Below the pieces are notes generated by a model. That model did not search any database. It had not been told where the DNA came from and saw only the letters and a list, made by a program, of their open reading frames with translations. This document shows positions 17,101 through 26,664 of a DNA stretch of 59,842 bases, in pieces (position 1 is the stretch's first letter; every line of letters starts with the position of its first letter). Source of the stretch: a virus (Duplodnaviria; Caudoviricetes). The stretch lies in the IMG/VR virus record IMGVR_UViG_3300030109_000604, positions 1 to 59,842 of that record. One strand, written 5' to 3'. Both the position numbers and the translations under genes were made by a program.

Positions 17101-17378
17101 CGGACGATAACATTACGGCGCTCCTGACGGAGCGTGAGAAGACACACGGCGATGCAGCCAGCACGTTTTCCCTTGCGGGGGATTTGATTACGACGCTGTT
17201 GGCGCATCGTGAGGGGCCGATCAAGCCGCACGAGTTTGCTATCGTAAATATCCTGCATAAGATCGCCCGGATATCCTGTGGCAGTTACCACAAGGATCAC
17301 TGGGATGATATTAAAGGCTATGCAGATCTTGGGGAGAAGTTCCACAAGGAGTTGACAGAAACCTGTCAAGGGGGGTAG
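17097..17378 (+). CDS. DUF6378-like protein
   Basis: EREKTHGD...KIARI..G..H.DHWDDIKGYA.LG. Confidence 0.8.
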   Translation: MTDDNITALLTEREKTHGDAASTFSLAGDLITTLLAHREGPIKPHEFAIVNILHKIARISCGSYHKDHWDDIKGYADLGEKFHKELTETCQGG

Positions 17379-17465
17379 AAGTTGTATGTTCGCCGTATAG
17401 TGTGTATTGATCATGGTGACGATACAAGACTTTGTGGTGAGTGGAATCTCTCGACCTCCCCTATT

Positions 17466-17501
17466 GGGCCTCGCCGTTTTCTCCCTGTTACGGCGGGGCC
17501 T
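17466..17501 (+). promoter_or_regulatory. strong hairpin with CUCCC loop upstream of the methyltransferase
   Basis: GGGCCTCGCCGT / ACGGCGGGGCCT 12-bp stem. Confidence 0.55.
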
Positions 17502-17518
17502 AATTACTAGGAGGTTGT

Positions 17519-18013
17519 ATGAGAAAGATGCACGACAACTACCCGACGCCGATGAGTATCGTTCACGAACTTGTCAAGCGGTGGGCAAAAGAGGGTATGA
17601 TCTTTTGGGAACCGTGTTCTGGAGACGGCAGGATAGCCGAAGTGTTAAAGACCAAAGGGTGTCGGACAATGACAACCGATATCTCTATGGGTCAGAACTT
17701 CTTCGACTACCAGAGGGGCATCTGTCCCAACGTGATAACGAACCCGCCGTTCAAAGACATTCGGCCTTTTATTGATCATGCTTTCGCTATCGGTGTTCAC
17801 AGTATGGCGCTCGTCTGTCCTGAAAGGCTTTGGGCTTGTAAGAAAGGGCGCGAGCAGTTTATGCGCCACAGACCTACAAGGTTTGCGAATATGGATTGGC
17901 GCGAAGACTATTTGCAGAAAGGCGGCTCACCGGATCGGGCGCTGGCTGTAGCGATGTGGGACACGCCCCATTCAGAAACTTGTTCCTATGAAGTCTGGAC
18001 AAGGACAGAGTAA
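17519..18013 (+). CDS. orphan amino-(N6-adenine) DNA methyltransferase
   Basis: DNYPTP, WEPCSGDG (motif I), ITNPPF (motif IV); SD AGGAGG. Confidence 0.85.
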   Translation: MRKMHDNYPTPMSIVHELVKRWAKEGMIFWEPCSGDGRIAEVLKTKGCRTMTTDISMGQNFFDYQRGICPNVITNPPFKDIRPFIDHAFAIGVHSMALVCPERLWACKKGREQFMRHRPTRFANMDWREDYLQKGGSPDRALAVAMWDTPHSETCSYEVWTRTE

Positions 18014-18261
18014 TGATTACTTACCGTGGCGAAAAGTTTAGCGGGTACAACAAACCCAAACGCACGCCCGGTAAGAACAAGAAGTTTGCCGTGTTGGCAA
18101 AGCAGGGCAAAGAGGTGAAGCTGGTTCGGTTTGGTGATCCAAACATGAAGATCAAGAAGGACCAGCCGAAGCGGAGAAAAAGTTTCAGGGCGCGTCACGG
18201 ATGTGACAGCAGGCCTCCCAGCAAACTCAGTGCCCGTTACTGGTCCTGTAAGAAGTGGTAG
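18013..18261 (+). CDS. small basic phage protein
   Basis: GYNKPKRTP...KLVRFGDPNM...RRKSFRARH.C...SARYWSCKKW. Confidence 0.8.
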   Translation: MITYRGEKFSGYNKPKRTPGKNKKFAVLAKQGKEVKLVRFGDPNMKIKKDQPKRRKSFRARHGCDSRPPSKLSARYWSCKKW

Positions 18262-18267
18262 GGTAAG

Positions 18268-18444
18268 ATGGCGAAGGGCGTTCCTCATTATTTCCGAGAT
18301 GGAACCAAGCATACTGGGGGTATGCACAAGATGCCCAACGGTGAGATGCACAGTGGCGCCCGTCACACAAACAACAGCAAAAAACTTTTTCATTTTGCTG
18401 ATCTTTCAGCAACCGCAAAAAAGAAAGCGAAGAGTAAAAAGTAA
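18268..18444 (+). CDS. small basic His-rich protein (not in ORF track)
   Basis: 58 aa MAKGVPHYFRDGTKHTGGMHKMPNGEMHSGARHT...KKAKSKK; fills the gap and has a TAATG overlap with the next gene. Confidence 0.75.
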   Translation: MAKGVPHYFRDGTKHTGGMHKMPNGEMHSGARHTNNSKKLFHFADLSATAKKKAKSKK

Positions 18445-18653
18445 TGGCTAAGTTGTGTGCCAAAGGGAAAGCTGCCGCCAAACGTAAGTTTGATGTGTAC
18501 CCTTCGGCTTATGCGAATATGTACGCAAGTGCCGTATGTAGTGGCAAGGTCAAGCCCGGCGGGAAAAAGAAAAAGGAAGCGGGTGGATCTGTTGGCCGGG
18601 GATGTGGCATCACGCGCAAGGGTGCCGGGGCCGTTATGAGAGTCACGGCATGA
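18444..18653 (+). CDS. small basic protein
   Basis: AKRKFDVYPSAYANMYAS..C motif. Confidence 0.75.
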   Translation: MAKLCAKGKAAAKRKFDVYPSAYANMYASAVCSGKVKPGGKKKKEAGGSVGRGCGITRKGAGAVMRVTA

Positions 18654-18904
18654 GCCTCCGTAAGTGGGTGGATGAACAGTGGGTGGACATAGGTGCGCCT
18701 AAGAAAAACGGGAAGTACCAGCCTTGTGGCAGGAAGTCCTCCTCATCAAGTAAGCGTAAATATCCGAAGTGTGTTCCGCTTGCTAAGGCAAAACGAATGT
18801 CGTCTTCGCAGAAGAAAAGCGCTGTGTCGCGTAAGCGAGCTAAGGCGCAGGGCGTAAAGGGAAAGCCAACAATGGTTTCAACTTTCGCTAAGAAGAAGAA
18901 GTAG
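18650..18904 (+). CDS. small basic protein (DUF5872-like)
   Basis: SLRKWVDEQWVDI...CGR...YPKCVP.AKA; start ATG 18650. Confidence 0.75.
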   Translation: MSLRKWVDEQWVDIGAPKKNGKYQPCGRKSSSSSKRKYPKCVPLAKAKRMSSSQKKSAVSRKRAKAQGVKGKPTMVSTFAKKKK

Positions 18905-20401
18905 ATGCAGACTCTAGCTGCCCTTCAGTCTCAGATAAGCCAACTGCCCTATCACGAGCAGTGTGAACTCTTAGAACTGATGGAGAAGCTGGAGACAGCA
19001 AAGACACGGGAAGCAAGCCAGACGGACTTTCTTGCATTTGTCAAAGCAGTATGGCCTGCCTTCATTGAGGGCAAACACCACAAGACAATGGCTGAAGCCT
19101 TTGAGCGCGTAGCCGAAGGCAAGCTAAAACGCTTGATCGTCAATATGCCTCCTCGACATACAAAGTCTGAGTTTGCTTCCTACCTGTTACCCGCTTGGTT
19201 CTTAGGGAAGACGCCGGAAAAGAAAGTTATCCAGACAGCGCATACCGCAGAATTAGCTGTAGGCTTTGGACGTAAGGTTCGTAACCTGTTTGGCGATCAG
19301 AGCTTCAAGGATATTTTTCCCGGCTCGCAGTTGCAGTCGGACAGTAAAGCAGCGGGACGCTGGAACACCAACAAAGGTGGTGAGTATTTTGCTATCGGTG
19401 TTGGTGGTGCGGTTACCGGTAAAGGCGCAGATGTTCTGATCATTGACGATCCTCACTCAGAACAGGATGCGGCCCAAGGGCAGTATCATCCTGAAGTCTT
19501 TGACCGTGTGTATGAGTGGTACACATCCGGTCCTCGCCAGCGACTACAGCCCGGAGGGGCCATCATCGTGGTGATGACCCGCTGGAGTAAGCGGGACCTG
19601 ACCGGGAAGATTATAGATAACTCTGTGAAGCGGGCAGGTTCTGATGAGTGGGAGGTGATTGAACTCCCGGCCATTATGCCCTCAGGTAATCCGCTGTGGC
19701 CCGAATACTGGGGCATTAAAGAGTTAGAGGCCTTGCGCTCAGAACTTCCGTTATCGAAGTGGTCAGCGCAGTATCAGCAAGATCCAACCTCAGAAGAGGG
19801 AGCGCTGATTAAGAGGGAGTGGTGGCAGGAGTGGAAGGGCAAGCACCCGCCTCCCTGCGAGTTTGTTATTCAAAGCTGGGACACGGCGTTTCTTAAAACG
19901 GAAAGGTCGGACTACTCAGCTTGCACAACGTGGGGCGTTTTCTTTAATGAGGAAGAAGACGCTATGCACATTATTCTTTTGGATGCTTTTAAGGAGCGCA
20001 TGGAGTTTCCAGAGCTTAAGAAGCGTGCATACGAGATGTGGCAGGAAGTTGAACCTGATGCGTTTCTGGTAGAAGGTAAGGCCTCCGGGATGCCTTTGGT
20101 GTTTGAACTTCGACAGATGGGAATACCTGTGTCGGAGTATGTCCCATCAAGGGGAAACGACAAGATTGCCCGCGTAAACTCTGTGGCAGATATGTTTGCA
20201 TCGGGTATGGTCTGGGCACCGATGACACGGTGGGCTGAAGAAGTTATTGAAGAGTTTGCTGCGTTTCCCGCTGGGGATCACGATGACCTTGTGGACAGTT
20301 CAACGCAGGCTTTAATGCGATTTAGACAAGGCGGCTTCATCCGTAATCCTACTGATGAAGAAGACGAATGGATGCCACCTCGTTATGCGGAGTATTATTA
20401 A
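18905..20401 (+). CDS. terL: terminase large subunit
   Basis: NMPPRHTKS, TGKGADVLIIDDP, VMTRW, QSWDTA, FP.G.HDDLVDS. Confidence 0.97.
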   Translation: MQTLAALQSQISQLPYHEQCELLELMEKLETAKTREASQTDFLAFVKAVWPAFIEGKHHKTMAEAFERVAEGKLKRLIVNMPPRHTKSEFASYLLPAWFLGKTPEKKVIQTAHTAELAVGFGRKVRNLFGDQSFKDIFPGSQLQSDSKAAGRWNTNKGGEYFAIGVGGAVTGKGADVLIIDDPHSEQDAAQGQYHPEVFDRVYEWYTSGPRQRLQPGGAIIVVMTRWSKRDLTGKIIDNSVKRAGSDEWEVIELPAIMPSGNPLWPEYWGIKELEALRSELPLSKWSAQYQQDPTSEEGALIKREWWQEWKGKHPPPCEFVIQSWDTAFLKTERSDYSACTTWGVFFNEEEDAMHIILLDAFKERMEFPELKKRAYEMWQEVEPDAFLVEGKASGMPLVFELRQMGIPVSEYVPSRGNDKIARVNSVADMFASGMVWAPMTRWAEEVIEEFAAFPAGDHDDLVDSSTQALMRFRQGGFIRNPTDEEDEWMPPRYAEYY

Positions 20402-22866
20402 TGGCAATTGATAAGGCCCTATCAGGATCGGGAACGCCGATGGAAGAGGGCGATGCTGTAGAGATTGAGATCGTCAATCCCGAGGCAATGTCTATACAAA
20501 CGCCAGATGGTGGTGTGGTTATCGACTTCGATCCCGAAGCCGAAGATCTTATTGAGCATGGCTCTAATCTTGCTGAGTACATTGATGAAAGCGAATTAGG
20601 CTCTATCAAGTCTGAGCTCATGGGCGCGTTTGAGGCAGACCGGGCTTCACGCAGTGAGTGGGAAGAAACTTATATCAAGGGCCTTGATCTTTTAGGTCTA
20701 AAGATTGAAGAGCGAACAACGCCGTGGCCGGGGGCGTGCGGGGTGTTCCACCCGGTATTGTCAGAAGCGGTTATCCGTTTTCAGGCGCAGTCAATTATGG
20801 AGACGTTCCCTGCAAAGGGGCCGGTTCGCACTCAGATTATCGGAGACCTGACCGAAGAAAAAGAAGCTCAGGCTATTCGTGTTCAGACCGAGATGAACTA
20901 CCAGCTTACGGAAGGGATGCCTGACTACCGAAGCGAGCATGAGAATATGTTGTTCGCTCTGCCGCTAGCGGGGAGTGCTTTCAAAAAAGTTTACTATGAC
21001 GCCGACATGGAGCGGCCAACCGCTGTGTTTGTTCCTGCGGAAGATATGGTTGTTGCTTATGGGGCCAGCGATCTTCTGAGTTGTGGGCGCTATACCCACG
21101 TAATGAAGAAGACAAAGAACGAGGTCCGTAAGCTACAGGTTGCAGGGTTCTATAGGGATATTGATCTTGGCAACCCGTCTCCTGACTACACCAAGGTGCA
21201 GGAGCAGTACAATTCTTTGCAGGGCGAGCGGCCTGACTTTGAGTATGATGATCGTTACACGCTTCTTGAGTGTCATGTTGATTTGGATCTGGCGGGCTTT
21301 GAAGACGAGCGGGACGGAGAAGAGACCGGCATAGCATTGCCTTATGTGGTGACCATCGACAAGTCATCAGGGAAAGTGCTTTCAATCTATCGGAACTGGG
21401 AAGAGACAGACCCCGTTAAAAAGAAACTGTTACACTTCGTTCACTATAAGTATTTGCCGTCCTTGGGGTTTTATGGCTATGGGCTTATCCATTGCATCGG
21501 CGGGCTGACAAAATCTGCAACATCTATACTCCGACAGCTTGTTGATGCGGGCACTTTGTCCAACCTCCCGGCTGGCTTGAAGTCACGGGGGTTGCGGATT
21601 AAAGGTGATGACAGTCCAATCATGCCGGGCGAGTTCCGGGATGTGGATGTGCCCGGCGGCGCTATTCGGGACAACATTACCTTTATGCCCTACAAAGAAC
21701 CCAGTGGGGTTCTTTACCAGTTGCTGGGGAACATTGTAGAGGAAGGCAGAAGGTTTGCTTCGCTGGCTGATATGAAGATCAGCGACATGAACAACGAAGC
21801 CCCCGTGGGCACTACTCTTGCCATCATAGAGCGTGGCATGAAAGTTATGTCTGCGGTTCAGGCTAGGCTTCACGCGTCAATGCGCAAAGAGTTTGGTATT
21901 CTTGCCAGCTTGATTAAGACGTATCTTCCTGCGCAGTACGCCTACGAAACCGGCTCCGTAAGGGCTGAAGATTTTGATGACCGCGTAGACATCATTCCGG
22001 TGTCTGACCCGAACGCGACGACAATGGCGCAGCGGGTCATGCAGTATCAGGCCGCGTTACAGTTAGCCGCACAGGCTCCGCAAATGTACAATCTGCCTGA
22101 GCTTCATCGTCAGATGCTGATGACTATGGGGCTTCAAGACGTTGATAAGATTGTTCCTGACACTGACGACATGAAGCCGACAGACCCTGTTACAGAGAAC
22201 GAAAACATTATCAATGGCAAACCCGTCAAGGCTTTCTCGTATCAAGATCACAAGGCCCACATTACTGTTCACATGAACGCTTTGCAGGACCCCAAGATCA
22301 TGCAGCTTGTTTCTCAGTCTCCACAAGCAGGAGCTATCCAAGCCGCAGCAGAGACACACATACGCGAACACTTAGCGTTTGAGTATCGTAACGAGATTGA
22401 GCAGCAGATGGGCGTGCCGCTTCCGCCAGAAGGTGAGCCGTTACCACGAGACGTAGAAAAAGAACTGGCTATGTTGTTGGCTCAGGCTTCAACCAAGTTG
22501 CTACAAAAAGATCAGGCAGAGGCCCAACAGAAACAAGCCATGGAGCAGGCTCAAGATCCAATCGTCCAGCAGGCTCAGGAAGAGCTTAACATTCGACGGA
22601 TGGAAGTTGAACGGAAGGCTCAGGCAGACAAGATGAAAGCTGACGTGGAAATGGACAAAGCAGAAATGCTTGATGCCCGTGAGCGTGAAAGAATTGAATC
22701 TAACGAGCGTATCACTGGTGCGCAGATTGGGGCAAAGATTGCCAGCGAGGTCTTGGAGGGAGAGATCGAAGGCGTTCAACTGGCAGAAAAGGAAAAGATG
22801 GAGGGAGCTAGGCTTGGTGTCGAAATAGCCAAGGCGGTTCTAAACAATGAAGGGAGCAAAGACTAA
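20401..22866 (+). CDS. portal protein
   Basis: Follows terL; HPVLSEAVIRFQA, LPLAGSAFKKVYYD, GFYGYGLIH, DAGTLSNLP; long helical C-terminus; start ATG 20401. Confidence 0.9.
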   Translation: MAIDKALSGSGTPMEEGDAVEIEIVNPEAMSIQTPDGGVVIDFDPEAEDLIEHGSNLAEYIDESELGSIKSELMGAFEADRASRSEWEETYIKGLDLLGLKIEERTTPWPGACGVFHPVLSEAVIRFQAQSIMETFPAKGPVRTQIIGDLTEEKEAQAIRVQTEMNYQLTEGMPDYRSEHENMLFALPLAGSAFKKVYYDADMERPTAVFVPAEDMVVAYGASDLLSCGRYTHVMKKTKNEVRKLQVAGFYRDIDLGNPSPDYTKVQEQYNSLQGERPDFEYDDRYTLLECHVDLDLAGFEDERDGEETGIALPYVVTIDKSSGKVLSIYRNWEETDPVKKKLLHFVHYKYLPSLGFYGYGLIHCIGGLTKSATSILRQLVDAGTLSNLPAGLKSRGLRIKGDDSPIMPGEFRDVDVPGGAIRDNITFMPYKEPSGVLYQLLGNIVEEGRRFASLADMKISDMNNEAPVGTTLAIIERGMKVMSAVQARLHASMRKEFGILASLIKTYLPAQYAYETGSVRAEDFDDRVDIIPVSDPNATTMAQRVMQYQAALQLAAQAPQMYNLPELHRQMLMTMGLQDVDKIVPDTDDMKPTDPVTENENIINGKPVKAFSYQDHKAHITVHMNALQDPKIMQLVSQSPQAGAIQAAAETHIREHLAFEYRNEIEQQMGVPLPPEGEPLPRDVEKELAMLLAQASTKLLQKDQAEAQQKQAMEQAQDPIVQQAQEELNIRRMEVERKAQADKMKADVEMDKAEMLDARERERIESNERITGAQIGAKIASEVLEGEIEGVQLAEKEKMEGARLGVEIAKAVLNNEGSKD

Positions 22867-23108
22867 TGGCTAAGGAAGCTGCTCGTAAACGAGCGCGTAC
22901 ATCAAAGGGACACTACAAGCCTGACGATCCATCCACACCGGATGTAAACGAAGCATTTGTTTCGGTTGGTGGCGTGGAGGCGAAGCCGCAGACAAAAAAG
23001 GCTGCGCCAAAAAAGAATGTTATTCCATTGGTCACGCTTGAAGGGGATCGTATGTACCCTGAGCAGGCCAAGAAGTATTGGGCAAAGATTAACAAGAGCA
23101 GTTCTTAA
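22866..23108 (+). CDS. hypothetical protein
   Basis: RAR..KG.Y.PDDPSTPDVNEA motif; TAATG overlaps. Confidence 0.75.
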   Translation: MAKEAARKRARTSKGHYKPDDPSTPDVNEAFVSVGGVEAKPQTKKAAPKKNVIPLVTLEGDRMYPEQAKKYWAKINKSSS

Positions 23109-23302
23109 TGGATGTCCAAACTCTCGCTGCCCTGTTGCAAAAACGTCTTCGTGAATACATGAACGAAGGTGCAGACCATCTCGCAACAGGAGGCGCAAAA
23201 GATTACCCGGAATACCAGAGAATGGTAGGCCGCATTGACGGGATAGCTCTCGCAGAACGTGAACTTCTTGATCTTGCCAAGGAGCAGGACGAGGAGGAGT
23301 AG
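23108..23302 (+). CDS. small head-module protein
   Basis: LATGGAKDYPEYQRMVGRIDGI motif; lies between portal and groES. Confidence 0.75.
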   Translation: MDVQTLAALLQKRLREYMNEGADHLATGGAKDYPEYQRMVGRIDGIALAERELLDLAKEQDEEE

Positions 23303-23305
23303 CGC

Positions 23306-23337
23306 AAAGGGAACCGTTGCCCCTTTTGAAAGCAACG
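23306..23337 (+). promoter_or_regulatory. H-type RNA pseudoknot upstream of groES
   Basis: AAAGGG/CCCUUU crossing CGUUGC/GCAACG; loops of 3, 0 and 5 nt. Confidence 0.65.
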
Positions 23338-23353
23338 CGCAATGAGGAACATT

Positions 23354-23719
23354 ATGTCTGAAGTGGTTGAGTTAAAGAAAGATGCGCCAACTCAACTTCC
23401 TGAGCCGCAAGGCTACAGGTTGTTGATAGGCATGCCTGAGGTTGAAGAGAAAACAGTTGGTGGCATATACAAAACAGATCATGCTATGGAGACAGAATCT
23501 GTTGCCAGTATTGTTGGCTTCGTTATTAAAGTGGGGCCTGATGCGTACAAAGATGAAAAGCGGTTTCCTTCGGGACCGTGGTGCAAGGAAGGTGACTTTA
23601 TTCTCTTCCGTGCTTTTCAGGGGACACGTATCAAAATACATGGTAAGGAGTTCAGGCTGATTAACGATGATGGCGTCGAAGCCGTTGTTGATGATCCGCG
23701 TGGATACACGAGGGCATGA
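23354..23719 (+). CDS. groES: GroES-like co-chaperonin
   Basis: P.GYRLLI...EEKT.GGI...VIKVGPDAY...WCKEGDF..F..F.G...RLINDD.V.AVV. Confidence 0.9.
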   Translation: MSEVVELKKDAPTQLPEPQGYRLLIGMPEVEEKTVGGIYKTDHAMETESVASIVGFVIKVGPDAYKDEKRFPSGPWCKEGDFILFRAFQGTRIKIHGKEFRLINDDGVEAVVDDPRGYTRA

Positions 23720-24627
23720 TGGCTGAAGAAGCGGTAGAAGTCGCAACCGAAAGCGACGTAGAAGTTCAAGTCGTTGATGATACTCCCGAAGAGGATCGTG
23801 TTGCTCCGCGTGATCAAGAGGCAGCAGCCGATTTCGATATCTCAGAAGATGAGATTGGGCAGTATTCGGATCGTGTGCAAAAACGCATCAAGCGTTTGAA
23901 GTACGAGTTCCATGAGCAACGCCGTGCCAGAGAGACGGCAGAGCGGCAGAACCAAGAAGCGGTGGCTCACGCACAACGTATCGTGCAGGAGAACCGCGAA
24001 TTGAAGGGCCTCTTGCAAAGAGGAAACGAGGCTCTTTTTAAGGCTACTGAAGCAAAGACGGACAGCGAGCTTCAGATGGCGGAAAAAGATTTCCGGGAAG
24101 CCTACGAGGCGGGTGATACAGATCGCATCGTGGATGCCCAGAAACGCGTTAATGACGCACAGTTTTCTCGGCGCAGTGTTGAAGAAATGCGCCCAGTACA
24201 AGGGGAGCAGGCCCCAGTAGCTCAGGCACAGCCTCAGCAACAGGAGTATGTTCCTCCTCCAGATCCTCGTGCTATCGAATGGCTGCGCGAGAATCCGTGG
24301 TTCGGTCAGGACAAGGAAATGACTTCCTTTGCCTATGGCCTCCACGAAAAACTGGTAGTGGACGAGCGGATATCTCCGCAATCAGAAGACTACTACCAAC
24401 GTATAGATGAGCGGGTAAGACAAGTCTTCCCTGATCATTTTGATGGTGGCGATCCTCCTCGTGAGGAAGCGCCGCGAAAATCCGTGGTGGCCCCTGCAAC
24501 TCGTGCAGGCAAAGCCCCGCGCAAGGTTACGTTGACACAATCCCAAGTTGATCTCGCCAAGAAACTTGGGGTGACAGCGGAGCAATATGCTAATCAGATA
24601 GCAAAGGATATGGCGCATGGTAGATGA
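23716..24627 (+). CDS. head scaffolding protein
   Basis: Acidic N-terminus, coiled coil YSDRVQKRIKRL, W...NPWFG, C-terminal LT.SQV.LAKKLGVT.EQYA. Confidence 0.75.
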   Translation: MMAEEAVEVATESDVEVQVVDDTPEEDRVAPRDQEAAADFDISEDEIGQYSDRVQKRIKRLKYEFHEQRRARETAERQNQEAVAHAQRIVQENRELKGLLQRGNEALFKATEAKTDSELQMAEKDFREAYEAGDTDRIVDAQKRVNDAQFSRRSVEEMRPVQGEQAPVAQAQPQQQEYVPPPDPRAIEWLRENPWFGQDKEMTSFAYGLHEKLVVDERISPQSEDYYQRIDERVRQVFPDHFDGGDPPREEAPRKSVVAPATRAGKAPRKVTLTQSQVDLAKKLGVTAEQYANQIAKDMAHGR

Positions 24628-25084
24628 CCCTCGGACTAAACGAGAGCATGAAACACGCGAACTAGAGTCGCGCACAGAAACCGGGTGGGTACCGCCTTCT
24701 ATCTTACCCAATCCTGACCCGCAGGAGGGATGGGTGTTTAGGTGGATACGCACTTCTATAGTTGGTCACGCTGATAACACGAATGTCTCTAAGATGTTTC
24801 GTGGTGGTTGGACGCCCTGTAGGGCCGAAGACCATCCTGAGCTTTGCATCCAATCGGATGTAGACTCGCGTTTTGGAAAAGACGGGAACATTGAAGTTGG
24901 TGGATTGCTTCTTTGCAAAATGCCAAAAGAGAAAAGTCAACAGCGTGCGCAATACTATAGGGATCTAGCTGCTCAACAAATGGCAGCAGTGGATTCTAAT
25001 TTCATGCGGGAGCAAGATCCACGTATGCCTCTCTTACAACCGGAGAGGAAGACGCGGGTTGACTTTGGCAACGGAGGGCAATAG
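24617..25084 (+). CDS. conserved head-module protein
   Basis: W.PPS.LP.P...GW.FRWIR...VGGLLLCKMP. Confidence 0.75.
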   Translation: MVDDPRTKREHETRELESRTETGWVPPSILPNPDPQEGWVFRWIRTSIVGHADNTNVSKMFRGGWTPCRAEDHPELCIQSDVDSRFGKDGNIEVGGLLLCKMPKEKSQQRAQYYRDLAAQQMAAVDSNFMREQDPRMPLLQPERKTRVDFGNGGQ

Positions 25085-25096
25085 CTCTCCATTTTT
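25073..25096 (+). terminator. putative intrinsic terminator
   Basis: GGAGGGC-AATA-GCTCTCC followed by ATTTTT. Confidence 0.55.
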
Positions 25097-25115
25097 CGTA
25101 AGGAGAAATTGAATC

Positions 25116-25730
25116 ATGGCTGGTTCAGTAGAAGCGCCTTATGGGATGGTTCAAGTCGGAATACTTGGTCAAGGGTATAATACCAGTGGTCAAACGATGT
25201 ATCCGTTGGGTTCCAATAACACCAACGCGATTTTTGCGGGGCAACCCGTACACTTCGCTGCTGGTGTTACGACGGCTATCGCAGCCACCCCAACGACTAC
25301 GTTTTCGGCAACCAACACTCCCATCGGTGTTGCCTGCGGGTTTCGTTATGTAGACGGAACCACGGGGGCTTTGACGTTTTCAAACCATCTTGTAGCTAGT
25401 GCGATGACTGCTTCTGGACACTCTGACGTTCAGGTTTATGTCTGGGACAATCCTCGCGCTGTCTTCAAGGTACAGGCAGATGCCGCGATGGCTTCGACGG
25501 ACGCAGGAAAGAACTCTGCTCTGACGAACATCACGGCGGTCAACACGCTCGACCTAAGTAAGCAGAGCAAGATGACCGTTGATGCGGACGCTGCTACCAC
25601 TGCAACCCTTGCTGTTCGCATTATTGGGCTTTATGACGCGCCGAATAATGATTGGACTGACGCATTCCCCGATGTTCTGGTAACTTGGAACCCCGGCGTG
25701 CATCAGTACGATACAAGCACGTTGGCGTAG
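25116..25730 (+). CDS. capsid decoration/cement-like protein
   Basis: Beta-rich, Ala/Thr-rich; directly precedes the capsid gene; strong SD. Confidence 0.65.
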   Translation: MAGSVEAPYGMVQVGILGQGYNTSGQTMYPLGSNNTNAIFAGQPVHFAAGVTTAIAATPTTTFSATNTPIGVACGFRYVDGTTGALTFSNHLVASAMTASGHSDVQVYVWDNPRAVFKVQADAAMASTDAGKNSALTNITAVNTLDLSKQSKMTVDADAATTATLAVRIIGLYDAPNNDWTDAFPDVLVTWNPGVHQYDTSTLA

Positions 25731-25742
25731 GAGGCTAGATAG

Positions 25743-26660
25743 ATGGCTATTTCAAGAGCACAAATGCTGAAGGAGCTTCTTCCTGGCCTCAATGCTTTGT
25801 TTGGGTTGACCTATGAAACCTATGAAAATGAAAGTGACGAGATCTACGAGACGGAGACCTCGGATCGTTCATTTGAAGAGGAGGTCAAGCTGACGGGCTT
25901 CGGGCAGGCTCCGGTCAAACCTGAGGGGGAAGCAATCTCTTACGACTCTGCTAGTGAGAGCTTCTCGGTTCGTTACAACAACGAGACCATTGCCATGGGC
26001 TTCGCCATTACGGAGGAGGCTATGGAGGACAACTTGTATGATTCGCTTTCAGCGCGTTATACAAAAGCATTGGCAAGAGCCATGGCTTACACCAAGCAGG
26101 TGAAGGCTGCGGTTCCTCTCAATCAGGGTCTCCCAACTGTCAACAACTTCAACTCTGGTGATGGCGTGTCATTGTTTAACACGGCTCACCCGACTGTAGC
26201 TGGCGGCACCAACTCCAACACCCCGACCACTCAGGCCGATTTGAATGAGACCAGCCTTGAAGCTGCTGTTATTCAGATCGCCGGTTATGTGGATGAAAAG
26301 GGTCTGTTGATTGCTGCTCGTCCGCGTAAGTTGATTGTCCCGCCGAACAATATGTTTGTGGCTACTCGCATCCTCGATTCGGATGGTCGCACTGGTACGG
26401 CTGACAATGACATCAACGCCATTAAGAACAACGGGACTATTCCTGAGGGTTATTCGGTGAACCACTATCTCACCGACAGTGACTCTTGGTATCTCATTAC
26501 CGATGTTCCAAACGGCATGAAACACTTTACTCGTGTTCCGCTCCAGACTTCTATGGACGGCGACTTCGACACGGGCAACGTGCGTTACAAGGCACGGGAG
26601 CGCTATTCGTTTGGCGTTTCCGATCCGCTTGGTATCTTCGGCTGCGAAGGTGCTGCTTAA
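25743..26660 (+). CDS. major capsid protein (Mu gpT-like family)
   Basis: MAISRAQ..KEL.PGLNALFG, GF.ITEEA.EDNLY, GDG..LF...HP, DFDTGN.RYKARERYSFG.SDP. Confidence 0.9.
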   Translation: MAISRAQMLKELLPGLNALFGLTYETYENESDEIYETETSDRSFEEEVKLTGFGQAPVKPEGEAISYDSASESFSVRYNNETIAMGFAITEEAMEDNLYDSLSARYTKALARAMAYTKQVKAAVPLNQGLPTVNNFNSGDGVSLFNTAHPTVAGGTNSNTPTTQADLNETSLEAAVIQIAGYVDEKGLLIAARPRKLIVPPNNMFVATRILDSDGRTGTADNDINAIKNNGTIPEGYSVNHYLTDSDSWYLITDVPNGMKHFTRVPLQTSMDGDFDTGNVRYKARERYSFGVSDPLGIFGCEGAA

Positions 26661-26664
26661 TTAT

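Noticed and set aside
23300-23354. Pseudoknot-stimulated UAG readthrough fusing the upstream ORF to GroES (same frame)
   Set aside because: An in-frame TGA at 23327-23329 intervenes.
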